Source: Longimicrobiales bacterium | GTDB lineage: Bacteria > Gemmatimonadota > Gemmatimonadetes > Longimicrobiales > Gaopeijiaceae | Reading direction: 5' to 3' | NCBI GenBank assembly: GCA_965203485.1 | Contig: OZ241892.1 | Location: 160,001-224,000, forward strand | DNA: 64,000 nt | Shown here: in pieces, positions 1 to 9,832 of the stretch | Layout: every line of letters starts with the position of its first letter | How positions within the stretch are numbered: the first letter of the stretch is position 1 | The notes under the pieces: generated by a model | What the model was told of the DNA's origin: nothing | What the model saw: the letters and a program-made list of their open reading frames with translations, nothing else | The model's database searches: none | Made by a program: the position numbers and the translations under genes

Positions 1-2
1 CC

Positions 3-326
3 GAACGCGGAGCCGCAGGCCCGCCCCTCTTGGTCGGGCAGTTCGTAGACGTGCGGATCGACGGCGTCGCGCCGGAGCGTTGGTGGGCGATGCCGCGCAG
101 GGCGTTGCGGGCCGGCGACGAGGTCTGGGCTCTCGCCGACGACAGCACGCTGACGATCGTTCCAGTGCGCGTGCTCCAGCACGCCGAGGAGATGGTGTAC
201 TTGACCGGCGAGTTGCCGCCCGGGCACCGCGTGGTGACGGAGGGAATCGCCGTTGCCACGGAGGGGATGCGCGTCTCGGTCTCCGTCGGCTCCGGCGACC
301 TGCCCGCGCCCGCCGTCGTCCGTTGA
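3..326 (+). CDS. RND efflux periplasmic adaptor (membrane fusion protein), 3' part; 5' end lies outside the window
   Basis: Frame is open from the window start (PPLLVGQFVDVRIDG...LPPGHRVVTEG...EGMRV), typical of an MFP C-terminus; stop overlaps the start of the RND permease. Confidence 0.8.
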   Translation, partial: ERGAAGPPLLVGQFVDVRIDGVAPERWWAMPRRALRAGDEVWALADDSTLTIVPVRVLQHAEEMVYLTGELPPGHRVVTEGIAVATEGMRVSVSVGSGDLPAPAVVR

Positions 327-3300
327 CCCCGCGCCCGCGGGCCCGCGGCGCCGTCGCCTACATGGCGCGAAACGGCGTGGCCGCGAACCTCCTCATGTGC
401 TTCATCCTGGCGGCGGGCGTGCTCTCCGTCGGTGGGCTGGTGCAGGAAGTCTTCCCGTCGTTTTCGCTGGACCAAGTCCGCGTGTTCGTCGCCTACCCCG
501 GCGCCACGCCCGACGAGGTGGAGGAATCGGTCGTCCGCAAGATCGAAGAACAGATCAGAAGCGTGGACGACGTCAGCCAGATCACTTCGACGGCGGCCGA
601 GGGCTACGGTTTCGTGCTCGCCGAACTCAGGCTGGGAACCGACGCCGCGCGGGTCCTCGCCGACATCAAGGCGCAGGTCGACCGCATTCAGACGTTCCCC
701 GTCGGCGCGCAGCGCCCGGAGGTGTCAGAAGTCGCGATCCGCAAGAGCGTCTTGCGCTTGGCCCTGTACGGCGACGTGCCGGAGCGCGCCCTGAAGGAGA
801 TCGCCTATCGCACGGAGGACCAGTTGGCCGCCCTGCCCAGCGTCTCCGTTGTGGAGACCAGCGGGGTTCGCGCCTATGAAATCTCGATCGAGGTCTCTCT
901 CCGCCGGCTTCGAGCGCTCGGCTTGACCTTGGCCGACGTGTCGGAGGCCGTTCGGAGGGGCTCGTTGGACCTGTCGGCGGGCAGCATCGACGCGCGCGGC
1001 GAGCAGGTGCGGGTCCGCACCGTCGGCCGCAACTACGAGCAGCAGGACTTCGAGGAGATCGTCGTGCTGGGCGGCCCCGGCGGCGCCACGGTGCGCTTGG
1101 GCGACATCGCCGAAGTGAGCGACGGATTTCGCGACGTGGACCTCGTTACCCGCTATCGAGGACAGCGGGCGGCGTTCCTGGAAGTCTTCCGCACGTCCGA
1201 CGAGCAGGTCCTCGAAGTCGCCGGGGCGGTCATTGACCATCTTGACCACGTCGTAGCGCCGTCGTTGCCGGCCGGCGTGCAAATCGAGGTTTGGAGCAAC
1301 GACGCGAGCGTGTTCGAAGACAGGCTGGCCCTGCTGCGCAAGAACGCGTTCATCGGCCTTCTTCTGGTGTTGGCCGCCCTGGCGCTCTTCCTGGAGGCCA
1401 GCTTGGCATTCTGGGTGGCCGTTGGAATCGGCGTGTCGTTCGTCGGCACGTTCGCGGTGATGCTGGCGCTGGACGTTTCCGTCAACATGCTGTCGATGTT
1501 CGCGTTCATCCTGGCCGTCGGCATCGTCGTCGACGACGCCATCGTGGTGGGAGAGAACATCCATGCCGCGCGCGAGCAGGGCTTTTCCGGAACGGAAGCC
1601 GCCATACGCGGAACAGAACGGATCAAGAAGTTGGTCGTCTTCGCGGTGCTGACGACCGTGGTCGCCTTTTCGCCGCTCCTTTTCCTGCCCGGCATCACGG
1701 GCAAGTTCCTCAAGACGATTCCGGTGATCGTCATTTCGGTCCTGCTTCTCTCTCTAGTGGAGTCTCTGCTTGTTCTCCCCAACCATCTCGCGCGCTCCGG
1801 GGCGAAGGGCGGCGCACCGCGGTTCTTTGCCGGCCGCCTCCTTGCGCGCGCCCGGCGAGGCGTCGGCGACGCCTTGGCCCGCTTCACCGAGGGGCCGCTC
1901 GACAAGGCGTTGCGCGTTGCCACCGGCCGGCCTCAAGTGGTAGTGGCCGCCAGCGTTTCGATGCTCGTCCTTTGCTTGGCGATGGTGTCGGCAGGCATCG
2001 TCAAGATGGAATACGTTCCGGGCACGGAGGCGGACGTGGTGCGCGCCAGCCTCGAAATGCCCGCTGGCACGCCGGGCGAGCGTACCGCCGAGGTGGCCGC
2101 CGAACTGGAGGCGGCGGGCCACCGCGCGGCGGAACGGCTGTCGGAGCGTCGTGGCGAGGGAGCCCCGCCGTTGGTCGAGGCGGTGAACTTGACGGTCGGA
2201 GAAGGTGCGCGCCTGCCCAACCCGCTCGCGCTGGATCCCATCGGCGACCCGAGGGGCAACGTGGGCGCGGTCGAGTTCAAGCTCCTCGAGGCCGAACGCC
2301 GCACGACGTCGGCAGCGCTCTTCCGCGACGTCTGGCGCGAAGAGGCGAATGTCGTGCGCGGCGCGCGGGCGCTTTCGTTCAACTCGGAGCTGATCGCCTT
2401 CGAGGCGCCCGTCCAGGTCGAGCTGTCGCACGCCGACCCGCAGGCCTTGGCGGCGGCCAGCGAGGACTTGGCGGGACTCTTGCGCGCCTCCACGGGCGTC
2501 TTCGACGTGCGGAGCGACTACGACGAGGGATTCGCCGAACTCCAGATCGAGCTCAGAGAAGAGGGCCGCGCTCTGGGCGTCGAGCTCGACCGGCTGGCCC
2601 GGCAGGTTCGGGCGGCGTTCTTCGGAGACGAGGCGTTGCGCGTGCAGCGGGGCAGGGAGGACGTTCCCGTCTACGTCCGGTTGCCGGAGGACGACCGCAA
2701 TGCAGTCGCGGACGTGGAGCGCTTTCTGGTGCGGACGCCGGACGGCGGCGAAGCGCCGTTGGACAGGGTCGCTTCGGTTCGGCTGGCCAGCTCCCCGGCC
2801 GCGATCCAGAGAAAGAACGGGAGGCGCATAGCGACGGTGCGTGCCGACGTGGACGCGGCGGTGACCACCGGCGGAGAAGTCTCGGACGCCCTCGCCGCGT
2901 CGGTTCTCCCGGAACTGGGCCGGAGGCACCCCGGCCTCGAGCACGCGTTCGCGGGGCAGCAGCAGGAACAGGCCGGCTTCTTGGCCGACCTTCGTCGCGG
3001 CTTCCTGCTCGCAAGCGTCGGCATCTTTGCCTTGCTGGCCGTTCCGTTTGCCTCGTACGCCAAGCCGCTGATAGTGATGGCGGCGATTCCATTCGGAATG
3101 ATCGGGGCCATTTTGGGACACATGCTGCTGGGCCTCAACCTGAGCATCATGTCGGTCGCGGGCATCGTCGGCTTGAGCGGCGTGGTGGTCAACGACTCGC
3201 TTGTGATGATCGACTTCATCCAGGAACGCTTGCGCCAAGGCATGTCCGCCCGCGAAGCGGTCGTCGACGGAGCGAAGGCTCGCTTTCGCCCGATCTTCCT

Positions 3301-3502
3301 CACGTCGCTGACGACTTTTCTGGGCGTGTCGCCGCTCGTGTTCGAGCGTAGCCTCCAGGCGCAGTTTCTTGTGCCGATCGCTGCGTCGCTGGGCTTCGGA
3401 ATCGTCTTCGGCACGGCCGTCTTGATGGTATTCGTGCCTGCCTTGGCCATGATGCACCTCGACTTCGAGACGTGGCGATCGGCCCGACGAGCCCCGGCGT
3501 AG
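323..3502 (+). CDS. RND efflux permease, AcrB/AcrD/AcrF family
   Basis: Motifs GIVVDDAIVVGEN, GVVVNDSLVMID, RFRPIFLTSLTT. TTG at 323 overlaps the upstream TGA; alternative ATG at 362. Confidence 0.92.
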   Translation: MTPRPRARGAVAYMARNGVAANLLMCFILAAGVLSVGGLVQEVFPSFSLDQVRVFVAYPGATPDEVEESVVRKIEEQIRSVDDVSQITSTAAEGYGFVLAELRLGTDAARVLADIKAQVDRIQTFPVGAQRPEVSEVAIRKSVLRLALYGDVPERALKEIAYRTEDQLAALPSVSVVETSGVRAYEISIEVSLRRLRALGLTLADVSEAVRRGSLDLSAGSIDARGEQVRVRTVGRNYEQQDFEEIVVLGGPGGATVRLGDIAEVSDGFRDVDLVTRYRGQRAAFLEVFRTSDEQVLEVAGAVIDHLDHVVAPSLPAGVQIEVWSNDASVFEDRLALLRKNAFIGLLLVLAALALFLEASLAFWVAVGIGVSFVGTFAVMLALDVSVNMLSMFAFILAVGIVVDDAIVVGENIHAAREQGFSGTEAAIRGTERIKKLVVFAVLTTVVAFSPLLFLPGITGKFLKTIPVIVISVLLLSLVESLLVLPNHLARSGAKGGAPRFFAGRLLARARRGVGDALARFTEGPLDKALRVATGRPQVVVAASVSMLVLCLAMVSAGIVKMEYVPGTEADVVRASLEMPAGTPGERTAEVAAELEAAGHRAAERLSERRGEGAPPLVEAVNLTVGEGARLPNPLALDPIGDPRGNVGAVEFKLLEAERRTTSAALFRDVWREEANVVRGARALSFNSELIAFEAPVQVELSHADPQALAAASEDLAGLLRASTGVFDVRSDYDEGFAELQIELREEGRALGVELDRLARQVRAAFFGDEALRVQRGREDVPVYVRLPEDDRNAVADVERFLVRTPDGGEAPLDRVASVRLASSPAAIQRKNGRRIATVRADVDAAVTTGGEVSDALAASVLPELGRRHPGLEHAFAGQQQEQAGFLADLRRGFLLASVGIFALLAVPFASYAKPLIVMAAIPFGMIGAILGHMLLGLNLSIMSVAGIVGLSGVVVNDSLVMIDFIQERLRQGMSAREAVVDGAKARFRPIFLTSLTTFLGVSPLVFERSLQAQFLVPIAASLGFGIVFGTAVLMVFVPALAMMHLDFETWRSARRAPA

Positions 3503-5385
3503 ACCAGTGCCCGCAACGCGAGTTGCCGCTTCTTCACCGGGCGGCAATCGTCTACCTGGTGTTGCCGCTGGCCGTTTGGCTGCTGGGATGGTTCCGCCCG
3601 TGGGTGGGCCTGCCCGCCGTTGCGCTTCTCGCGGCGGGACTTTGGCGCGCGCTCTCCGGGCGGTGGAGGATCCGCGTTTCTTCGCGCGCCGTCGTGGCGG
3701 CGCTGTTCGCGGCCGCCGTGCTGACGATGCTGACCGAGGCGGGCGGCGTGCTGCGCTATTCGGAGGACTGGCGGGGCTACCGCGCGATGTTCCTGGACTT
3801 GTCGTGGGGCGAATGGCCGACGTGGCTGACGAACTACCTGGGCGCGCCGGAGTTGCTGCGCTACTACCTGGGCTACTTCATGATGCCGTCGCTGGCGGCG
3901 CGGCTGTTCGGGGCCGGGGCGCTGGACTGGGCGGTGCCGCTGTGGACGTGGTGCGGCACGGCGCTGGCGCTGCTGCTGTGGACGCGCGGCCTCCGGAGCC
4001 TGCGCGCGGCGGCGCTGGCGGTTGCGGCGCTCTTCTTGTTCGGCGGAATGGATGTGCTGGACCATTTCCTGGCACAGGGGCTGGCCGCCGCCGAGGACGC
4101 TCCAGCCGACAGGCACGGCGTCTACTTCAGTCTCATCTGGTTCTTCCGCGCGGTGCCCCATCACTTCATCGCGAACGTTCTGGCGGTTGCGCTGTTGCTC
4201 CAGCTCAAGGACAACCCGCGCTTCCTGGCGGCGGGCGCGATCGTATTGGCGGCGTGCTTCTTCTGGGCGGCGTTGTCGGCCACCGGCTTGGTCCCGCTGG
4301 CGGTCGCGGCCGTGATCGGCAGGAAGCGCGCGCTGGCGGCGCTGAGCTGGCAGAACCTGTGCGTGGCGTTGCCATTGGGTGCGCTTGTGGCGTTGTACCT
4401 GGCGAGCGGCAAGATGGACTTCGAGTCCGGATGGGTATCGAGTCGGTGGGAAAGCGCTTGGCGCTTCGGCGCTCGCCTGGGCGTCTTGTACGCGACGGAG
4501 TTTGCCGCCTTGGCCTTCGTTCTGTGGCGCGTCGGAGGAGGACTTGCACGCGGACGGTTCTTCGCCGCCGCGGTGACTGCGCTGCCGTTGGCGCAGGTGT
4601 GGTACTACGGACATAACGAGTTCAACGAGTGGGGCGTCAAGTTCGCGGTGCCGTTGCTCCTTGTGCTCGCCTACTGCGCGTCGCGGGCCGTCACGGGCCG
4701 CTTGCCCGAGATGCGGTCGGCGGCCGGTGCAGCCGCGGCCGGTCGGCCCATCGCGTTCTGGACGCTGGCAGGAATGCTGGTGGTCGGGGCGCGTTCGTGG
4801 TTGGGAGTCGGCCCCATGGCCGGCATGGCGATTGCACCTGTCTCCTATGCTTGGTCCGGCGAGTCCGTGATGACGGACATGGACGTCTACGCAATCGAGC
4901 AACGGACCGCGCGTCACCCTCCCCGTATGCTAAGGGCGCTGCTGCGCCACGCCGAAGCTGGGGGAGGCCGCGAAGGCGACCTGGTCGCGGCCCGCGATGG
5001 AATCGAAGTGCATCTGGAGGGACGCAACCGGCTCGTGTACGTGAGACGCGACTGCCGCGCGGAGTCCAACGTCCGGACATGGTTGTTCCTCGAGACCGAG
5101 GCCGGGACCGCGCCCGCGCGGCGGACCGGCGTCGGCGCGGACTGGCCGCCCTACGACGTGGCGGCCGCCCCACGGCCCGCGAGGCACTTTCGCTGGATCC
5201 TCCGCTCCCGGGACTCGGACAGCGATCTTCTCTGGCGGCGCTTGCAGACTCCGTTGGCCGGGCACCGCGACGGCGGCTGCGTTTGGGTCGCCGTGTTGCC
5301 GCGCCATGCGGTGGCGCGGGTACGCACTGGCCAACTGGACCCCGCAGGCCGCGCGATGTGGGAAGCCGCGTTGCAGCTCCCGTGA
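3472..5385 (+). CDS. Multi-pass membrane protein, paralog 1 of 3 (possible GT-C-fold glycosyltransferase with a C-terminal soluble domain)
   Basis: Many hydrophobic segments; motif EDW...DLSWGEWP...LRYYLGYFMMP; C-terminal LVYVRRDC...GGCVW...RTGQL domain; high identity to the two following genes. Confidence 0.75.
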   Translation: MAIGPTSPGVDQCPQRELPLLHRAAIVYLVLPLAVWLLGWFRPWVGLPAVALLAAGLWRALSGRWRIRVSSRAVVAALFAAAVLTMLTEAGGVLRYSEDWRGYRAMFLDLSWGEWPTWLTNYLGAPELLRYYLGYFMMPSLAARLFGAGALDWAVPLWTWCGTALALLLWTRGLRSLRAAALAVAALFLFGGMDVLDHFLAQGLAAAEDAPADRHGVYFSLIWFFRAVPHHFIANVLAVALLLQLKDNPRFLAAGAIVLAACFFWAALSATGLVPLAVAAVIGRKRALAALSWQNLCVALPLGALVALYLASGKMDFESGWVSSRWESAWRFGARLGVLYATEFAALAFVLWRVGGGLARGRFFAAAVTALPLAQVWYYGHNEFNEWGVKFAVPLLLVLAYCASRAVTGRLPEMRSAAGAAAAGRPIAFWTLAGMLVVGARSWLGVGPMAGMAIAPVSYAWSGESVMTDMDVYAIEQRTARHPPRMLRALLRHAEAGGGREGDLVAARDGIEVHLEGRNRLVYVRRDCRAESNVRTWLFLETEAGTAPARRTGVGADWPPYDVAAAPRPARHFRWILRSRDSDSDLLWRRLQTPLAGHRDGGCVWVAVLPRHAVARVRTGQLDPAGRAMWEAALQLP

Positions 5386-5692
5386 GCGCCGGCTCGCGCC
5401 GCGCCGACCACCGACGATCGGCCAACCCGGGGCCACTGAGTGGGTCCCGCTTCCCGCTCGGGCGCGCCAGGACGAGCCGCCATGACGATGTCCCGTGCGC
5501 GGGCCAAGACGCCCCTTGGCTTCATGGCCGGGCGTACGCGCCGGGGCAAGCGCCAGGACTTGGCGCGACGGGCGCCGGCACGTGTCGGCGCGGCCTCGAA
5601 ACCGGGCGAACGGCTTGGCGAGCCCGCCGAGTACCTGGCGTGGCACGCGCCTGCGATTGGGAGCTGGACCTCGAGACAAAGCGCGCTACCCG

Positions 5693-7579
5693 GTGAGCGG
5701 GCCGAGTCCCGGCGCGGACGAGTTCCGGGAGCGCGAGTTGCCGCTTCTCCACCGGGCGGCGATCGTCTACCTGGCGGCGCCGCTGGCCGTCTGGCTGCTG
5801 GGATGGTTCCGTCCCTGGGTCGGTCTGCCCGCCGTTGCGATTCTCGCGGCGGGACTCTGGCGCGCGCTTTCGGGGCGGTGGCGGATCCGCGCTTCTTCGC
5901 GCGCTGTCGTGGCGGCGCTGTTCGCGGCCGTCGTGCTGACGATGCTGACCGAGGCGGGCGGCGTGCTGCGCTATTCGGAGGACTGGCGCACGTACCGCGC
6001 CGTCTTCCTGGACTTGGCGTGGGGCGAATGGCCGACGTGGCTGACGAACTACTTGGGCGCGCCGGAGCTGTTGCGCTACTACCTGGGCTACTTCATGATG
6101 CCGTCGCTGGCGGCGCGGCTGTTCGGGGCCGGGGCGCTGGACTGGGCCGTGCCGCTGTGGACGTGGTGCGGCACGGCGCTGGCGCTGTCGCTGTGGACGC
6201 GCGGCCTCGGGAGCCTGCGCGCGGCGGCGCTGGCGGTTGCGGCGCTCTTCTTGTTCGGCGGAATGGACGTGCTGGACCATTGGCTGGCGCAGGGGCTGGC
6301 CGCCGTGGCCGACACCCCGGCCGGCTTGCAGATCGCGTACCGCAGTCCCTGGTGGTTCTTCCGCGTGGCGCCGCAGCACTTCCTCGCGAGCGTTCTGGCC
6401 GTCACATTGCTGCTCCAGCTCAAGGACAACCCGCGCTTTCTGGCGGCGGGCGGGATCGTATTGGCGGCGTGCTTCTTCTGGTCGGCGTTGTCGGCCACGG
6501 GCTTGGTCCCGCTGGCGGTCGCGGCCGTGGTCGGCAGGAAGCGCCTGCTGGCGGCGCTGAGCTGGCAGAATCTGTGCGTGGCGTTGCCATTGGCCGCGCT
6601 GGTGGCGTTGTACCTGGCGAGCGGCAAGATGGACTTCGATTCGGGGTGGGTATCGAGTCGGTGGGAAAGCACATGGCACTTCGGCGCTCGCCTGGCCATA
6701 TTGTACGCGACGGAGTTTGCCGCCTTGGCCTTCGTGCTGCGGCGCGTCGGTGGAGATGAGGGCCTCGCGCGTGGCCGGTTCTTCGCCGTCGCGGTGGCGA
6801 TGTTGCCGCTCACGCAGGTGTGGTTCTACGGCGAGTGGGGCGAGAAGTTCGCGCCGCCCTTGCTCCTCGTGCTGGCCTACTGCGCGTCGCGGGCCGTCGC
6901 CGCGCGGTTGCCCGAGATGCGGCCGGCGGCCGCCGCGCCCGGTCGGCCGGTCGTGTTCGGAGCGCTCCTTGCGATGCTGGTCGCCGGGGCGTCCTCGTGG
7001 GCTGGAATAGGCGGCTTGCCGGGCATGGCGATTGCACCCGTATCCTATGCGAGGTCCGGCGAGTCGACGATGACGGACGCGGAAGCGTACGCGATCGAGC
7101 AAAGGACCGTGCGCCGCCTCCCGCCGTTGCTCCGGGCGTTGTTGCGGGACGCCGAGGTCAGGGGAGGCCGCGAAGGCGATTTGGTTGCGGCTTCCGACGG
7201 GACCGAAGTGTATCTGGAGGAAAGCAGTCGGCTCGTGTACGTACGACGCGATTGCAACACGGAGGAGAACGTCCGGACGTGGCTGTTCCTCGAGACCGAG
7301 GTCGGGACCACGCCCGTGCGGCGGCTGGGCGCCGACTGGGCGCCCTACGAAGTGACGGCCGGCGCGCGGCCCGCAAGACACGTTCGCTGGATCCTCCGCT
7401 CCCGGAACCCGGACGGCGACCTTCTCTATTGGCACCTGCGCATTCCGTTGCTGGGATATCGCGGCGGCGGTTGCGTGTGGGTTGCAAAGCTGCCGGGCTA
7501 TCCGGCGGCGCGGGTGCGGACGGGCCAGCTGGATCCTGCCGCCCGCCCGATGTGGGAAGCCACTTTGCAGCTCCCGTGA
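5693..7579 (+). CDS. Multi-pass membrane protein, paralog 2 of 3
   Basis: GTG at 5693 (VSGPSPGADEFRERELPLL) aligns with the N-termini of paralogs 1 and 3; same motifs. Confidence 0.75.
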   Translation: MSGPSPGADEFRERELPLLHRAAIVYLAAPLAVWLLGWFRPWVGLPAVAILAAGLWRALSGRWRIRASSRAVVAALFAAVVLTMLTEAGGVLRYSEDWRTYRAVFLDLAWGEWPTWLTNYLGAPELLRYYLGYFMMPSLAARLFGAGALDWAVPLWTWCGTALALSLWTRGLGSLRAAALAVAALFLFGGMDVLDHWLAQGLAAVADTPAGLQIAYRSPWWFFRVAPQHFLASVLAVTLLLQLKDNPRFLAAGGIVLAACFFWSALSATGLVPLAVAAVVGRKRLLAALSWQNLCVALPLAALVALYLASGKMDFDSGWVSSRWESTWHFGARLAILYATEFAALAFVLRRVGGDEGLARGRFFAVAVAMLPLTQVWFYGEWGEKFAPPLLLVLAYCASRAVAARLPEMRPAAAAPGRPVVFGALLAMLVAGASSWAGIGGLPGMAIAPVSYARSGESTMTDAEAYAIEQRTVRRLPPLLRALLRDAEVRGGREGDLVAASDGTEVYLEESSRLVYVRRDCNTEENVRTWLFLETEVGTTPVRRLGADWAPYEVTAGARPARHVRWILRSRNPDGDLLYWHLRIPLLGYRGGGCVWVAKLPGYPAARVRTGQLDPAARPMWEATLQLP

Positions 7580-7682
7580 GCGTCCGCCCCCGCCGCGCCG
7601 ACCGGCGACGACCGCCTAACAAGGGCAATGAGCTCGTACTCTGCGCGCAGGCGCGTCTGGGTCGGACGTCTCTTGACGACAA

Positions 7683-9605
7683 ATGACCGCGCCCGCCCAC
7701 GACCAGTCGGCCGCGCCGAGTCCCGGGGCGGACGAGTTCCGGGAGCGCGAGTTGCCGCTTCTCCAGCGGGCGGCGATCGTCTACTTGGTGTCGCCGTTGG
7801 CCGTCTGGTTGCTGGGATGGTTTCGTCCGTGGGTGGGCCTGCCCGCCGTTGCGCTTCTCGCGGCGGGACTCTGGCGCGCGCTTTCGGGGCGGTGGCGGAT
7901 CCGCGCTCCTTCGCGCACGGCCGCGGCGCTGCTGTTCGCGGCGCTAGCGCTGACAATGTTGACCGAGGCGGGCGGCGTGTTGCGCTATTCGCCGGACTGG
8001 CGCGGCTTCAGCGCGATGTTCCTGGACTTGTCGTGGGGCGAATGGCCGACATGGCTGACGAACTACCTGGGCGCGCCGGAGTTGCTGCGCTTCTACCTGG
8101 GCTACTTCATGGCGCCGTCGTTGGCGGCGCGACTGTTCGGCGCCGGGGCGCTGGACTGGGCGGTGCCGCTGTGGACGTGGTGCGGCACGGCGTTGGCGCT
8201 GCTGCTGTGGACGCGGGGCCTCGGGAGCCTGCGCGCTGCGGCGCTGGCGGTTGCGGCGCTCTTCTTGTTCGGCGGATTGGACGTGCTGGACCATTTGCTG
8301 ACGCAACGGCTGGCCGCCGCGGCCCACACTCCGCCCGACGGATACGGCGTCTACTTTGCCCTCATCTGGTTCTTCCGCGGGTCGCCCTATCACTTCTTCG
8401 CGAACGTTCTGGCGGTTGCGCTGCTGCTGCAGCTCAAGGACAACCCCCGCTTCCTGGCGATGGGCGGGATCGTAGTGGTGGCGTGCTTCTTCTGGGCGGC
8501 GTTGTCGGCCACCGGCTTGGTCCCGCTCGCGGTCGCGGCCGTGATCGGCAGGAAGCGCGTGCTGGCGGCGCTGAGCTGGCAGAACCTTTGCGTGGCGTTG
8601 CCATTGGGTGCGCTGGTGGCGTTGTACCTGGCGAGCGGCAAGATGGACTTCGAGTCAGGGTGGATATCGAGCGAATGGGACAGCAGATGGCGCTTCGGCG
8701 CCCGCCTGGCCGTCTTGTACGCGACGGAGTTTGCCGCCTTGGCCTTCGTGCTGTGGCGTATCGGGAGCAGGGGGTACGGACGGTTCCTAGGCGTTGCGGT
8801 CGTAGCGTTGCCGTTTGCGCAGGTGTGGCACTACGGATATGACGGATTCAACGAGTGGGGCGTCAAGTTCGCGGTGCCGCTTCTCCTCGTGCTGGCCTAC
8901 TGCGCGTCGCGGGCCGTCACATCGCAGTTGCCCGAGGTGCGGTCGGCGCCTCGAATCGCCCGGCCCGTTGCGTTCTGGGCCCTCGTGGCGATGCTGGTCG
9001 TCGGGACGGCTCCCGTGGTCCGGCATCTCGGCGACGCGACGATTGCACCCATCTCCTACACGTGGTCCGGCGAGTCGGCGATGACGGACTTGAACACCGT
9101 CCAAGTCGAGCAACGCGCGACCTCCCGCGTCCCCCCGCTGCTCCGGGCGTTGTTGCGCAGCGTCGAGGCCGGGGGGGGGCGGGAAGGCGACCTGGTCGCG
9201 TCCCCCGACGGCGTCGAAGTATATCTGGAGGGAGGCAGTCGGCTGGTGCACGTAAGACGCGTCTGCAACGCGGAGACGAACGTCCGAACGTGGTTGTTTC
9301 TCGAGATCGAGGCCGAGGCCACGCGCCCGCGACGGACGGGAGCGGACTGGCCGCCCTACGATGTGGAGGCGCGGCCCGCGGGGCACACTCGTTGGATCGT
9401 CCGCTCCCGGGGCCCGGACGGCGATCTCCTCTACTGGCGCTTGGGGCATCCTCTTCGCGAGAAGCGCGCCGGCGGCTGCATTTGGGTTGCCAAGCTGCCG
9501 CGCTATCCGGTGGCGACGGTGCGCACTGGGCAACTGGACTTCGCAGGCCGTCCAATGTGGGAAGCGGTGTTGCCGCTCGGCCGGATCCGCCATTCGCGGC
9601 CGTGA
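7683..9605 (+). CDS. Multi-pass membrane protein, paralog 3 of 3
   Basis: ATG at 7683; same architecture and long near-identical DNA blocks. Confidence 0.75.
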   Translation: MTAPAHDQSAAPSPGADEFRERELPLLQRAAIVYLVSPLAVWLLGWFRPWVGLPAVALLAAGLWRALSGRWRIRAPSRTAAALLFAALALTMLTEAGGVLRYSPDWRGFSAMFLDLSWGEWPTWLTNYLGAPELLRFYLGYFMAPSLAARLFGAGALDWAVPLWTWCGTALALLLWTRGLGSLRAAALAVAALFLFGGLDVLDHLLTQRLAAAAHTPPDGYGVYFALIWFFRGSPYHFFANVLAVALLLQLKDNPRFLAMGGIVVVACFFWAALSATGLVPLAVAAVIGRKRVLAALSWQNLCVALPLGALVALYLASGKMDFESGWISSEWDSRWRFGARLAVLYATEFAALAFVLWRIGSRGYGRFLGVAVVALPFAQVWHYGYDGFNEWGVKFAVPLLLVLAYCASRAVTSQLPEVRSAPRIARPVAFWALVAMLVVGTAPVVRHLGDATIAPISYTWSGESAMTDLNTVQVEQRATSRVPPLLRALLRSVEAGGGREGDLVASPDGVEVYLEGGSRLVHVRRVCNAETNVRTWLFLEIEAEATRPRRTGADWPPYDVEARPAGHTRWIVRSRGPDGDLLYWRLGHPLREKRAGGCIWVAKLPRYPVATVRTGQLDFAGRPMWEAVLPLGRIRHSRP

Positions 9606-9832
9606 GCCAGCCAACTGCACGGTCGCTGCGCACGGCGATGCCGAGGCGTCGTGGTGCAATCCCGGAACCTTCGAACCGTCGCGCCCGGGGCTCCATCCCG
9701 ACCCTTCCGGCCGGCGGACGGCCGCGCGGACGCCGGCATCCCTCGCGATGGGACATCAGGATGGACATTTCAGATACCAGAAATCTCTGCCCCGCTTGTC
9801 CGAGCCCTGCGGTCTGCCTCGCGGCCGGACCG

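Noticed and set aside
3472..9605. Diversity-generating retroelement as the source of paralog variation
   Set aside because: No reverse transcriptase or template repeat in the window, and differences include indels and are not confined to adenines.
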